Below, piece after piece: positions 13,270-27,064 of a DNA stretch of 64,000 nt. This DNA comes from Okamejei kenojei (Eukaryota): the NCBI GenBank assembly GCA_035221665.1, contig CM069165.1, positions 3,534,001 through 3,598,000 on the forward strand, in the 5' to 3' direction. The position numbers and the translations under genes are program-made. Position 1 is the stretch's first letter; every line of letters begins with the position of its first letter. The notes under the pieces are model-generated. The model was given only the letters and a program-made list of their open reading frames with translations, was not told the DNA's origin and did not search any database.

Positions 13270-15120
13270 TGTTCAAATTGGGGAAGGTTTAAAATTGTTC
13301 TCAAACAATGGCAGCAGTTGACATCAGATTTGTTCATACTTAGTGTATTGAAGGGGTGAAAAATTGGATTTTACTATGACAGTCCGTTACCTAATCAACA
13401 TTTTCCCTAGTTGTAAACTTATTTTTCACATGAGGAAAATGTGCTTATTCAAGCAGAGATTCAGTCGTTACATAAGAAGGGGTGATTGAGCCTTCTGTCT
13501 ATCAAAGTCAACAATTTTTCTGTCAAGTATATTTCCCAGATCTAAAAAGACTGGGGGATGTAGAATTATTCTGGATTTATCGAATTTGAACAAATGTGTT
13601 TGTTATAGGCATTTCAAAATGGAGAACATTACCGCGGGCAAACATCTAGTGTCCAAAGGGTATTATATGGCAACCATTGATTTAAAGAATGCGTATTACG
13701 CAGTGTCTATTCATGGTGATGATAGAAGATATTTGAAATTTATTTGGATGACTGAGCTGTGGCAATTTAGGACATTGCCGAATGGATTAATTCAGCTCCT
13801 AGATTATTTACTAAATTGGTAAAAAAAAAAAAAAAAAAAAACCTGTGTTAGCATTGCTTAGAGCTCAGGGGCATGTGGTAATGGCCTATTTAGATGATTT
13901 CTGATTGTTGGAAGACTCATGCTGAAACTCAATCATCAGTTTCAGTTGTTAAAAATCACTTTTGAACAAATGGGATTTGTTATTCACCCAGGTAAATCTA
14001 AATTATCACCAGTCCAAATTATTGATTATCTGGGAATTTTACTATTAATTCCAATCACATGTTGGTAACTTTGCCCAGGATAAAATTGAATCAGTTAATT
14101 GAGGACGGTGTTTAATCTCGTTGGAGAACAACGGCCTTTGATTAGACAAGTAGCCAGTTTTATTGGGAAGTTGTTGCAGCCTTTCCAGGTGTGCAGTATT
14201 GTCCTCTGCATTATCAAACAATTACAACCATCAACGGAACAGGCACTGAGAATACAAAGGGGCTATTTTTGATAGGCCCTATGCAGTTATCAGCTGGGGC
14301 GATTGCTGACATACAATGGTGGATAGTACATGTTTCAAAAAATTTAAGGAAGTTTTTTCGTGGAATCACCGTCACTGATATTACAGACTGATGTGAGTGC
14401 ACTGGGTTGGGGTGCAACAGATATGTCTTCTAGTTGTGGAGGCAGATGGAATGTGGATGAGACATCGCTTCCTCAATTAAGAGGGATTGATTATTTAGAG
14501 TTGTTGGGCACCTGGTATGGGCTCAAAGCTTATTGTTCTACAAGGAGGGATCTGCATGTGCAGCTCAGATTCACAACACCACAGCAGTGGCATATGTAAA
14601 CCACATGGGTGGAGTTAATTCACAGTCTTGTGATAGACTGGCTAACCCGATTTGGAGCTGGTGTATTGACCAAAATATCTGGCTTTCAGCACTTTATTTG
14701 CCAGGAAGAGGTCACGTCAGTTAATGACAACATTGAATGGATGTTAAATCAGGATGTGTTTAACCAAATGATTGATCAGTATGCATTGCCAGATATTGAC
14801 TTGTTTGCATCTCGATTAAATCATCAGTTACCTAGATATGTTTCATGGTAACCAGATACTGGGGCAGTAGCAGTGGATGCATTTTCGCTGCATTGGGGAG
14901 GAATGTTTGTGTATGTATTTCCTTCATTCTGTCTCATCAGCAGATGTTTTGCAAAAGATCAAGGAGGACTCCGCTTCAGGGGTATTGGTAGTGCCAGATT
15001 GGCCTACACGAGCACGGTTTCCCGTTGTATTACAAATGGCTAGGGAGCCTTACATGCTTATGCCCAAGAATAAAAATCTACTGGTAAATCCAGTCACTGG
15101 GGATCAACATCCTTTATAGA
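13270..15120 (+). pseudogene. DIRS reverse transcriptase / RNase H / DNA-methyltransferase-like ORF, frameshifted
   Basis: Motifs IDLKNAYY...WQFRTLPNGL, MAYLDDF (13881), LQTDVSALGWGA, NTTAVAYVNHMGG, PDIDLFASRLNHQLPRYVSW, VLVVPDWP; multiple frameshifts and stops. Confidence 0.9.
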
Positions 15121-15149
15121 TCGTATTGATCTGTAATTTGCAGATTTTA

Positions 15150-15990
15150 AGGAGGCCAATACCTGGGGAGAGGACTGTCTCATCGGACGGTTGATGTTCT
15201 CACGTCGGCCTGCAGGTATAGTACACAGCTGCAATATATCACCTATATAAGGAAGTGGGAGCAATTCTGCCTACAGCAGGAAATTGTATATCACACGGCA
15301 GGGATCACGGATGTATTGGAGTTTGTCAACTCTTTATTTTGACCAAAAAATTAAGTTACAGTGCAATTAATTCAGCCTGAAGTGCTCTGTCTTCTTATTT
15401 ACCTATGAATGCAGAATTGCATACAGTAGGACACATCCGTTAGTTCACGATTCATGAAGGGAGTTTTCAATTCTAATCCTCCTAAACTCAGGTATGCCGG
15501 TATTTGCAATGTGATTGAGGTTTTTATGCTTCTTCGCCAGTGGGCTCCGGTTACAAGCCTATCTATAGCCAAATTAAATATGAAGGTGGTCATGCTTCTG
15601 GTGTTGGTTTTCAGCCCAACGTGTACAAACATTGCAAAAGCTACGGCTAGATAGAATGCAGGTGTCGGCTGATGCCATTATATTTTATGTCTATGATTTG
15701 CTTAAACATAATAAAAGAGGCATGACAGGATGTAAGATGGTGTTTTCAGCATACCCCGCAGATGATCGCTTCTGTATAGTCCTCACATGTATCTCTTTAC
15801 ATTGAGATTACTAAACCTCTGAGAGGAACAGAGTTGGCTTTGTTTATTAGTCACAAAAAAAAACACACAGTAAGGTGTCGGTGCAAAACGATTTCAAGGT
15901 CCTCGCGGCCGCAGGATGTCCAGTGAGCTAACTTTTCTGAGGTTTTGTCACAAGCCGATTTCAAGGCTCGGGGTGTTTGCTGATTCTGGT
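15150..15990 (+). pseudogene. DIRS tyrosine recombinase, frameshifted and internally deleted
   Basis: GLSHRTVDVLTSACRYST..Y...WEQFC, RFMKGVFNSNPP..RY, SAQRVQTL (first catalytic Arg), AAAG.SSE.TF..F..KP; the HxxR segment appears deleted near 15900. Confidence 0.8.
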
Positions 15991-16512
15991 GTCAGTACTG
16001 TTACATTTTTCCCCTGAGTTAGAGGGGTTTGCGGCTTATGATTTGAGTTTGTAAATAAACTGTTATTTCATTAACAAATGTATTACTGATGCATGATTGA
16101 TTGTTAACGACTTTTGAGTCAATCCAGGGCAGTGTGAACGTCGGATTTGAGTCTGCGGCGTGAATTCACAGTGCTTTGAAGTCTTCACATAGTCACTCAC
16201 GTGACTCCGAAGTAAAATAGTAAGATTAAACGAGAACTTACCAGTTTGAAGTTTGATCTTTATTTTATGAGGAGTCGAGTTGAGGGACTACGTGCCCTCC
16301 GCTCCCACCCTCATAGATCTCATCTGGTAGTTCTAGTGTTATCATCTTACCGTTATACTTCGGCCATTGTTAGCTGTGAATTCATTCCGCTGCTTTGAAG
16401 ATTGACGCACCAACGGCTGTACGGGCTTCTATTCACGTAGTCCCTCAACTCGACTCCTCATAAAATAAAGATCAAACTTCAAACTGGTAAGTTCTGGTTT
16501 AATGTTACTATT

Positions 16513-19500
16513 ATTTGTTATCCCCCACTGTGCTTGGAAAGAATAAATGATTTCGTAGCCCGCAATGTGCTTGCAATAAATGTCGATTAGTTAGCCCGCA
16601 ATGTGCAAGCCATAAATGATTTGTTAACCCCCAATTTGCTTGCAACAAATGATGATTTGTTAGCCGGCCGTGTGCTTGTTATAAATGATTTGTTACCCCG
16701 AAAGGTGCTTGCAATATATATGTATTTGTTAGCCCGTATTGTGAATGCCATACATAATGTGTGAGCACGCAATGTGCTTCCAATACATGATTTGTTACCC
16801 CCGAAATGTGCTTGGAATATATAATTATTTGTTAGTCCGGAATGTGCTTGCTATCAATGATTTGTTACCCTGCAATGTGCTTTCAATAATTGACGATTAG
16901 TCAGCCCGCAATGTGCTTGCAAAAGATGATTAGATAGCACCCACTGTGCTTGCAAGGAATAAATTATGTGTTCCCCCCACTGTGCTTGCAAGGAATAGAT
17001 GATTTGTTAGCCTCCACTGCGCTTGCAAGGAATACGTTATTTCTGAGCCCCGACTGTGATTGCAAGGAATAAATGATTTGTTAGCCCCCACTGCGCATGC
17101 AAGTAATACATATTGTGTTACCACCCACTGTGCTTCGAAGGAATATATGATTTGTTACCCCGGAATGTGCTTGCAATAAATGATAATTTGTTATCCTGCA
17201 ATGTGCTTGCAACAAATGATTTGTGAGCCCCCACAGTGCTTTGAATTAATACATTATTTGTTAGCACCCACTGTGCTTGGAAGGAATAAACGAATTGTTA
17301 GCCCCCACCGTACTTGCAAGTATTAAATGATTTGTTAGCCTCCACTGTGCATGCAATTAAAAAAAAATATGTGTTAGCCACCACTGTGCTTGCAATGAAT
17401 AAATTATTTATTAGCCCCCACTACGTTTGCAAGGAATAAATGATTTGTTACCCCCAGTGTGCTTGCAATTAATTAATGATTCGTTAGCCCCATTTGTGCC
17501 TGCAAGGAATAGATGAGTTGTCAGCCCCCACTGCGTTTGCAAGGAATAAATGATGGTTTGGCCCCCACTGCGCTTGCAAAGAATAAATGATTTGTTAACC
17601 GCCACATTCTTGCAAGGAATAAGCGTTTCGTTAACACCCACTGTGCTTGGAAGGAATGCATGATTTGTTAACCCGCAATATGCTTGCAATAAATGATTTG
17701 TTAATCCGTAATGTGTTTGCAATAAATTATGACTTGTTGGCCCGCAATCTGCTTGAAATAAATGATTTTGTTAGCCCCCAATGGGCTTGCAACAAATGAT
17801 TTGTGAGCCCCCACAGTGCTTGGAAAACAGTATTTTTTAGCCCCCACTGTGTGTGGAAGGAATAAACAATTTGTTAGCCCCCACTGTGCTTGCAAGGAAT
17901 AAATGATGTGTTAGCCCCCACCGCGCTTTCAAGGAATAAATGATTAGTTTCCCCACTGCCCTTGCAATTAATACATGATGTGTTAGCCCCCACTGTGCTG
18001 CAAAGGATAGGTGATTTTTAGCCCCCACTGCGCTTGCAAGAAATACATTATTTGTTAGCCCGCACTGCGCTTGGAAGAAATACATGATTCGCTAGCCCGC
18101 AATGTGCTTGAAATAAATGATTTGTTAGCCCGCAATGTGCTTACAATACATGATATGTTACCGCGAAATGTGCTTGTAATATATAATTATTTATTAGCCC
18201 GCATTGTGATTGCAATAAATGATGCATTAGCACGCAATGTGCTTGCAATACATGATTTGTTACCCCGAAATGTGCTTGGAATATATAATTATTTGTTAGT
18301 CCGGAATTTGCTTGCAATAAATGATTTGTTACCGTCCAATGTGCTTGCAATAATTGACGATTAGTTAGCCCGCAATGTGCTTGCAGATAATGATTTGTGA
18401 GCCCGCACAGTGCTTGCAAGGAATATATGATTTGTTAGCCCCCATTGTGCTTGGAAGGAATACATTTTTTTAGCCCCCACTGTGCTTGTAATACTTGATT
18501 TGTTACCCCGAAATGTGCTTGCAATATATAATTATTTATTAACCCGCATTGTGATTGCAATAAATGATGTGTTAGCACGCAATGTGCTTGCAATACATGA
18601 TTTGATACCCAGAAATGTGCTTGGATATATTTGTGTTTATTAGTCCGGAATGTGCTTGCAATTTATGATTTGTTAGCCCCCACTGTGCTTGCAAGGAATA
18701 AATATTTTGTTAACACCCAATGTGCATACAAACAATGATGTGTTAGCCCCCACTATGCTTGCAAGGAATAACTGATTTGTTACCCCCACTGTGCTTGCAA
18801 GGAATAAAATATTTGATAGGCCCCACTGTGGTTGCAAAGAATAGATGATGTGTTAACCTCCACTGCGCTTGCAAGGAATACATTATTTGTAAGTCCCCAC
18901 TGTGATTGCAAGGATAAAATATGTGCTGGCCCCCAATGTGTTTGCAAGGAATAAATTATTTGTTAGACCCAACTGTGCTTGCAAAGAATATATGATTTAT
19001 TAGCCCCCACTGCGCTTGCAATGATTAAATGTTTTGTTACCCACCACTGTGCTTGGAAGGAATACATGATTTGTTACCCCGCAATGTGCTTGCAATAAAT
19101 CATGAATTGTTGGCCCGCAATGTGCTTGAAATAAATGATGTGTTAGCCCGCAATGTGCTTGCAATAAATGATGATTCGATATCCGCAAAGTGCTTGCAAT
19201 AATTGACAATTACCTAGCCCGCAATGTGCTTGCAAAAAATTATTTGTTAGCCCGCACAGTGCTTGCAAGGAATATATCATTTGTTAGCCCCCACTGCGCT
19301 TGCAAGAAATAAATGATTTGTTAGCCCATACTGTGATTGGAAGGTACACATTATTTGTTAACCCCCACTGCACTTGCAAGGATAAAGTAGTTCTAAGCGC
19401 CCACTGAGCTTGGAAGGACCAAATGATTTGTTAGCCCCCACTGCGCTTGCAAGGAATTAATAATTTGTTAGCCCCCACCGTGCTTGCATGAATTAAATGA

Positions 19501-22285
19501 TGTGTTAGCCCGCACTGTGCTTGCAATGAATCATTTGATAGCCCGCAATAAATGATGATATGTAAGCCCGCAGTTTGCTTGCAATAAATGATTTGTTAGA
19601 CGGTAATGTGCTTACAATACACGATTAATTGTTAGCCCGCAGTGTGCTTGAAATACATGATCTGTAAGCCCCCAGTGTGTTTGGAAGGAATAAATTATTT
19701 TCTTAGCTCAAACTGTGCTTGGAAGGAATAAGTGATTTGTTAGGCCCCACTGTGCTTGGAAGGAATACATGATTTGTTAGCCCCCACTGTGCTTGTAAGG
19801 AATACATGATGTGTTAGTCCCCACTGTGTTCGGAATGAATAAATTATTTGTTAGCCCGAACTGTGCTTGCAAGGAATACATTATCTGTTAGCCCTCACGG
19901 TGCTTGCAAGGAGTAAGTGATTTGTTTGCCTCCCAATGCGTTTGCAAGGAATACATGATTTGTTAGCCCCCGCTGTGCTTGCAAGGAATACATGATTTGT
20001 TACCCGCACTCAGATTCCAAGGAAGAAACGATTTGTTAGCCCCCATTGTGCTTGCAGGGAATAAATGATGTGTTAGCCGTCACTGTGCTTGGAAGGAATA
20101 AATAATGAGTTAGCCCGCAATGTGCTTGCAATAAATGGTTTGTCAGCCCGCAATTTGCTTGCAATACATTATTTGTTATCTCGAAATGTGCTAGGAATAA
20201 ATAATGATTTGATAGCCTGCAATGTGCTTGCAATAAATGGTTTGTTACAGCGCAATGTGCTTGCAATAAATGATGATTTGTGAGCCCGCAATGTGCTTGC
20301 AATAAATTATTTATTAGCCCGCACTGTGCTTGCAATAAATGACGATTCGTTAGCCCGCAATGTGCTTGCAATAAATGATGATTTGTTAGCCCGCAATTTC
20401 CTTGCAATAAATTATGATTTGTTAGCCCCCAGTGTGCTTGCAACAAATGATTTGTGAGCCCTCACAGTGCTTGGAAGGAATATATTATTTGTTAGCCCCC
20501 AATCTGCTTGGAAGGAATAAATGATGTGTTAGCCCCCACCATGCTTGCAAGTAACAAATGATTTGTTAACCTCCACTGTGCTTGCAAGCAATAAATTATG
20601 TGTTACCCCCACTGTGCCTGCAATGAATAAACGATGTGTTACCCCCACTGTGCTTGCAATGAATAAATGATTTGTCTACCCCCACTGTGCTTGCAAGGAA
20701 TACATGATTTGTTAGCCTCCACTGTGCTCGGTAGCAATAAATGACTTTCTCAGGCACACTGTGCATGTAAGGAATAAATTATGCTTTAACCCCCACTGTG
20801 CTTGGAAGTAATAAATGATTTGTTATCCCCCACTTTGCTTGGAAGAAATACATTATTTGTTACCCCCTGTGATTGGAAGGAATACATCATTTGTTAGCCC
20901 GCAGTGTGCTTGCATTAAATGAGTTGTTAACCCGCAATGTGCTAGCAGTACATGACTTGCTATCCCGAAATTTGCTTGCAATATATAATGATTTCATAGC
21001 CCGGGTGTGCTTGCAATAAAGGATATGGTTCCCGAAACATGCTTGCAATTAATGATGATCTGTTAGCACTCAATGTGCTTACAATAAATGATGATTAGTT
21101 TCCCGCAATGTGCTTGCAATAAATGATGATTATTTTTGCCCGCAATGTGCTTGTGTATACCAATCGTATTACAAATGTAAAGTACTTTGGTCAACTAGAG
21201 TTGTTTTCTTAAACGTGCTATATAAATACATGTGACTTGTCCTGTTTTGACACTGTGCATGCAAGAAATACATATTGTCTTAGCCCCCGCTGTACCTGCA
21301 AGGAATAAAGTAGTTTTGCCCACATTGCGATTGCAAGGAATAAATCCAAGGGTAGCCCCCATTGTACTTGGAAAGAATAAATAACTTTTTACCCACACTG
21401 CGCTTGTAAGGAATAATTGATGTGCTAGCTTCCTCTGTGCGTAGAAGGAATAAATGATTTGTTTCCCCGCAATGTGCTTGCAATAAATAACTTGTTAGCC
21501 CGCAATGTGCTTGCAATAAACGAATCGTTAGCCCACATTGTGCTGGCAATAAATGATTTGTTAGCCCCCAATGTGCTTACAATAAATTATTTTAGCCCGC
21601 TATGTGCTTGCAACAAATGATTTGTTAGCCCGCAATGTGCTTGCAATAAATGATTTGTTAGCCCGCAATGTGCTTACAATAAATGATAATTAGTTATCCC
21701 GCAATGTGCTTGCAATAAATGATTATTTTTTTATCCCGCAATGTGCTTGCAATAAATGATGATTTGTTAGCCCGCAATGTACGTGCAACAAATGCATTTT
21801 AAGCCTCCACTTTGCTTGGAAGGAATACATGATTTGTTAGCCCACACTGCGCTTGGAAGGACTAAATTATGTTGTTAGCCCCCACAGTGCTTGGAAGGAA
21901 TAAATGATGTTGTTAGCCCCCACTGAGCTTGGAAGGAATACACGAGTTGTACGCCCCCACTGTGCTTGGAAGGAATAAATAATGTATTACCCCCATTGTG
22001 CTTGCAATGATTTAATAATGTGTTAGCCTCCACTGTGCTTGCACGGATAAATGGTTTGTTAGCTCCCACTGTGCTTGCAAAGTATAAATGGTTTGTTAGC
22101 TCCCACTGTGCTTGCAAGTAATACATTTTTTGTTAGCCCCACTGTGCTTGCAAGGAATAAATAATGTGTTAGCCTCCACTGTGCTTTCTTGGAATAAATG
22201 ATTTGTTAGCCCGCAATGTGCTTGCAATAAATTATTTTAGCCTGCAATGTGCTTGCAATAAATGATGTGTTAGCCCGCAATGTGC
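16513..22285. repeat. Satellite DNA array, right part
   Basis: Same 33/36/37-bp monomers resume immediately after the DIRS element and end at about 22285. Confidence 0.97.
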
Positions 22286-22339
22286 GGCTTTGAGTGTGTG
22301 ATGGTGTTTGCGTGTGATAGAGTGTGTGCGTGAGCCAAG

Positions 22340-22510
22340 CAGCCATGAGTCAACTGCCAGCCCACTAGCCGTGAGTCAACAGCCAGCCCACCAGCAGTGA
22401 GTCAACTGCCAGAACACCAGCCTTGAGTGAGTGAACTGTCAGCCGACCAGCCGTGAGCGAGTGGACTGTCAGCCCACCAGCCGTCAGTGAGTCAGTCAAC
22501 TTCCAGCCCA
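22340..22510 (+). repeat. ~27-bp minisatellite
   Basis: gagtcaactgccagcccaccagccgt-like units, about 6 copies. Confidence 0.8.
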
Positions 22511-23009
22511 CCTTTGGCCTACTCGAAACCACGCATTTCGTCCCACAAGGCTAGCCCAGAAGCCCAAAAGGCCCATATTCGCCCAGGAGCGTCATTTTGG
22601 CCCAAAATCCCCATGCAGACCAGGAACCGTCCAGAAAAAGATATTTTCACTGAGATGTTGCTAATATCAGTCTCTTCGTCCCATCAGGCATTTACTAGCC
22701 CAGGAGGAGTCCCTTCGGCCCATCAGCAAGTGTTACCCCTGTCATAAGAGTATTTTTCTCCCTCCCTTCATTGGCACCCATGTGAGATCCACGCCACGAT
22801 AGACTTTCGACCAGGGCACTCGACCACACATTTCACTGTACCAATTGGTACATGTGGCAAATAAATGTATCTTGTATCTTAACTTTCCACCATTTTTGAT
22901 GTGATCTTTAAAAAAAGATGAGAAATGTTTAAAATTGATTCTTCACCCACTCCCCCTTCTCTCTCACGGAATCTCTCACCTGTTTATGGCAGAATTTCTG
23001 GAATTTTCT

Positions 23010-23265
23010 GAGCTGCCAGCCCACCAGGCCTGAGTGACGGAGCTGCCAGTCCACCAGGCCTGAGTGACTGAGCTGCCAGCCCACCAGGCCTGAGTGACTA
23101 AGCTGCCAGCCCACCAGCCCTGAGTGACTGAGCTACTAGTCCACCAGGCCTGAGTGACTGAGCTGCCATTCCGCCTGGCCGGAGAGACTGAGATGCCAGG
23201 TCTGAGTGAGTGAGCTGCCGGGCCTGAGTGACTGAGCTGCCAAGCCTGAGTGACTGAGCTGGCAG
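23010..23265 (+). repeat. 30-bp minisatellite related to the 22340-22510 units
   Basis: gagctgccagcccaccaggcctgagtgact repeated, decaying rightwards. Confidence 0.85.
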
Positions 23266-23368
23266 CCCAAGAATCAATTCGGCACACACTAGCGTCCATA
23301 CTAGCCCTCCGGAGACCAGTCCCGTCGGCCCACAACACCCATTCTAGCGTTACAGGAACACCCCCCCC

Positions 23369-23403
<35 letters not shown>

Positions 23404-23689
23404 CAGCAATATTGTAATTGGTGGAGAGGTGGATTATTGCGTCGGGGGACTAGCCCTCCCGAACAGGTCCCACTTTGTCCTGTAACATTTACAGGTACAT
23501 TGATAGCAAAGATGTTGAGGGATATGGCATAAACGTGGGCATCTGATAGGTGAGGCATTTTGGTAGTCATGTAGGAGTTCCGGCTTCCATGCAGTATTAC
23601 TTCATAGCTGGCGGGTGCAGGCTTAAAATGACGGGCATCTTTATCTAGGGGGGTTTAGATTTACTATAACTAAAGACCGGCCCTGTTGC

Positions 23690-24500
23690 TCAGAAGGGTA
23701 AGGAAAAGAACAGGAGGGCAGCAGTATTAGGGGACTCTATAGTTAGGGGGTCAGATACGCGATTCTGTGGACGCAGTCAGGAGACCCAGATGATCCCCCC
23801 TGGTGCCAGGGTCCGGGATGTGACTGAACGTGTCCAAGATATCTTGAAATGGGAGGGAGAGGAGCCAGAGGTCGTGGTACATATAGGTACCATTGACATA
23901 GGTAGAAAAAGAGAGGAGGTCCTGAAAGGAGAATTTAGGGAGTTAGGAAGAGTGTTAAGGAGAAGGAACGCAAAGGTAACAATCTCAGGATTACTGTCTG
24001 TGCCACGCGACAGTGAGAGTAAAAATGGAGCAAGGTGGAGGATAAATGCGTGGCTAAAGGACTGGTGCAGAGCACAGATATTCAAGTTTCTGGATCATTG
24101 GGACTTCTTTTGGGGAAGGTGTGACCTGTACAAAAAGGACGAGTTGCACTTGAACCCGAGGGGAACCAATATCCTGGCGGGGAGATTTGCAAAGGCTACT
24201 GGGGAGAGTTTAAACTAGATCGGTTGGGGGAGGGACTCAAATAGAGAAGGCAAGTAGTCCCTTTGTGAGGCAGGAGGCAGAGAAGAGTAGCAGTCATACG
24301 CAACACGTAGGGAGGAAAGAAGAAAAAAATAACAAACGGAGAATAAGAAGTGGAGGGTTTCTTAAATGTGTGAGCAGAGAGACAGGGGGTGTAAATGAGG
24401 ATAGGAGCAATACGTAGCGACGTGAAAAGTGGCAGGAAAACAAATCCAGGGCAAAAATCTAAAAGGGCCACTTTTCAACATAATTGCAAAAGGGCCAAGA
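23690..24500 (+). mobile_element. Older CR1 fragment (ORF1 esterase region and start of ORF2)
   Basis: PGARVRDVTERVQDILKWEGEEPEVVVHIGT...DELHLNPRGT, homologous to ORF1 of the full-length CR1 at 33528-34476. Confidence 0.85.
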
Positions 24501-24504
24501 GTGC

Positions 24505-26465
24505 GGAGAGTGTTTGTAGGGTTGTGGGGTTAGGGGACTGTGGGAGTTGGGGTGTGGTCTATGTGGGTGGTGGAGGGGTGTGGGTGGTAGATGCGATTGC
24601 GAAAGAGTGTGGGGACGGGGGGTATGGCGGTGGTGTGGGTGTGTAGGATGTGAGGTGTGCGTGTATGGGAGGACGTGTGGGCGAGAGAGGTGTAGGGGAC
24701 GGTGTGTGGGGGGAGCGTGTGTGAGAGAAGCGTGTGTGTGGGGGAGGGGTGAGTGGGGATGGGGTTGTGGGGGAGGGAATGGCGGGGGTATGGGGGCCGG
24801 GTGGGTGGGGGTGGGTGGGGGTGTGGGGGGGAGGGGGGTGTTGGGCTCGTTTCGTCCAGAGACCATTCCTCAGAGTGTGTCTAAAGGGTCTCGACCCGAA
24901 ACGCCACCCATTCCTTCTCTCCAGTGATGCTGCCTCTTCATCTGTGTTACTCCAGCATTTTATGTCTATCTTTGGTGGTGTGGTGGGAGGGGGGTGCGTG
25001 TGGGAGGCTGTGTCTGTGGGAGGTGTGGTGTGTGGGGTGGGTATTTGTAGGGTTGTGGGTGTAGAGGGATGTGGGGATAGGAGAGGGGTGTATGTGGGAG
25101 CGGGAGGGTGTAGGTAGTAGGGGTCTGGGTAATTGAGGGGCCGGGGTTTGGGGGGTGGGTGTGGTGAATGGGGCGTGTGTGTGTGGGGGATGAGGGTGTG
25201 GGTGTAGGGGATGGCTGTGGGGGAGAGGGGTGTGGTGGAAGGGTGTGGGTGTGGGCGGTGTGGGGTGTGGGTATAGGGGATGGGTTTACTGGTGGGGGGT
25301 GTGGGGGAGGGGGTGTGTGGAGGAGGTGGTGTGGGTGTGGAGGATGGGGGTGTGGGTGTAGGGGCGGGGTGCGGGAGATGATCGGTGGGGGAGAGGTGTG
25401 GGGGAGGTGGTGTGAGGCAGGTGGGTATCGGGGGGTGTGGGGGATGGTGGTGTTGGTGTAGGGGAGGGGTGTGGGGGAGGGGGGGATTGGGTGAAGGGGT
25501 GGGGGGGGATGTGGAGGAGAGGGGTTTGGGGGAAGGGGTGTGGGGGGGGATGTAGGGGATGGGGTGCGGTGGGGGGGGTGGGGTGTGATGGGTGTGTGGG
25601 GGAGGGGGTGTGGGGGGAGGACTGGGGTGGGGGGTGGAGAGGCGTGGGAAAAGGTGGTTTGGGGTACGGATTGTGTATGGAGTGGGTTGTGTGGGGAAGG
25701 TGGGTGGTGGGGGCTGTGTGTGCGTGGAAGGATGTGTGTGTGCGAGAGGTGGCTTGTCGGGTCGTGGGGGTAGGGGAGTTGGGGGTAGGGGAGTTGGGGG
25801 TAGTGGAGGGGTTGTATGTGGGAGGGGTGTGGGTATTACGAGGATTGCGGTAGAGTGGGGGGATTTGTGATGAAGTCGGAGTGGGAGAGGGGTTGGGGGC
25901 GGTGGAGTGTCGTGGAGGGGGTGTGGGGAGATTGTAGCGGAGAGTGGTGTGTTGGAGGGGGATGTGTGGGGAGGTGGTTTCTGTGGGGTATGGAATGTGT
26001 GCGGACGGTGTCTGTGGGGTTGTCGTGGTAGTGGTTTGTGGGAATCGGGGAGGGGAGTATTTTGTGAGGAGTGGGGTGTGGATGGTAGAGGGCAGTGTGA
26101 GGGAGTGTGGGGGACGGGGGTGGGGAGGGGTGAGGGTGTGGGGGATGGTGGGTGTGGGAGATGGGTGTGTGGGGGATGGTGTGTGGGGGGGAGGGCTTGT
26201 GGGGGAGGATGTGTGAGGGGAGGGGTGGTGCGCGGGTGGGTAAATGGGGAAGTGGGTGTGGGGTGCGTTGTGGTGTGTGGGGGAGGGGCGGTGTGTGGGG
26301 AGGGTGAAGGGGTTGTCGGGGCGTGCGCTGTGATGAAGGGAGGGTGTGGAGAGGGGGTTTGTGGGGGAGGATAGTGTGGGGGTGGGGTGTGTGTGGGGTG
26401 GTGAGTGGGTGTAGGGGGCGTGTGGGAAGGTGGGTGCAGGTGAGTGGGGAGTGTGGGAGGTGTGT
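24505..26465 (+). repeat. G/T-rich low-complexity tract
   Basis: About 2 kb of gggtgtgggg-type sequence with a degenerate Penelope-type repeat piece at about 24850-24975. Confidence 0.9.
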
Positions 26466-27064
26466 GGGCTCACCGGTTCCCGGTCCCCGCTCCAACAGCA
26501 CTCTTCGTCCCAGGACCCGACTCCGGACTCACCACACTGCTCCCGTCCCCAGCACCTATCGCGCTCACAATCCGCCCCCGCGTACATAGCCCTCCCCTCC
26601 CCCCCCCACCCCCCCCCCCCCCCCCACCCCCGCGAACACAGCCCACACTATTCTGCTTCAGCTTTATGCTCTGCGGCTTCTGGGCGAGCGGGTTCTGGAC
26701 GTGCTCAGCGGGTGCCGTTGATATTCTCTAGCGGGTACCGTAAGGGGCGTTACCTTCATGATGACTGAAAGACGGGAAGACTAATCTGCTGGTCCCACAT
26801 TCTTTTTAATCTTCATCACTTTTGTAATCTTCCACCGTTCGGAAATTTGTGCGCATGCAGCAGAGGAGAACAGTTAGTAAGTTGGCGAAAATATCGTAGC
26901 GATATATGGTACCAGTATTGGGCAGATTTAAAAACAACGCAGACCTGAAGTGGTCAAGATGACAGTTTTAGTAATAGTAAAAATTGTACCTGCCTCAATA
27001 ACTTAATCTGGCAGTTTGTTCTATATACTTACCATCCTCTATATGGAAAAAAGTTGTGCTTTAT

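Larger units (their letters stand above)
11715..16512 (+). mobile_element. DIRS1-type tyrosine-recombinase retrotransposon, intact termini, decayed ORFs
   Basis: Inverted terminal repeats 11738-11777 / 16403-16442; internal complementary region 16184-16294 complementary to both ends; RT, RNase H, methyltransferase-like and tyrosine recombinase remnants in DIRS order. Confidence 0.93.

Noticed and set aside
1-22285. Dozens of ORFs with LARNVLAIND / LQAHCGLTNH repeats; superficially a CRISPR-like or repeat-protein array
   Set aside because: They are translations of 33/36-bp satellite monomers; there are no unique spacers and no cas genes, and the context is eukaryotic
24395-26768. Long Pro/His/Thr-rich and Gly/Val-rich ORFs (up to 433 aa)
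   Set aside because: G/T low-complexity DNA lacking stop codons; no domain or splice evidence
26500-26982. Possible non-autonomous Helitron-like end
   Set aside because: Looks like an interspersed repeat, but I cannot demonstrate the termini or a hairpin from this window alone
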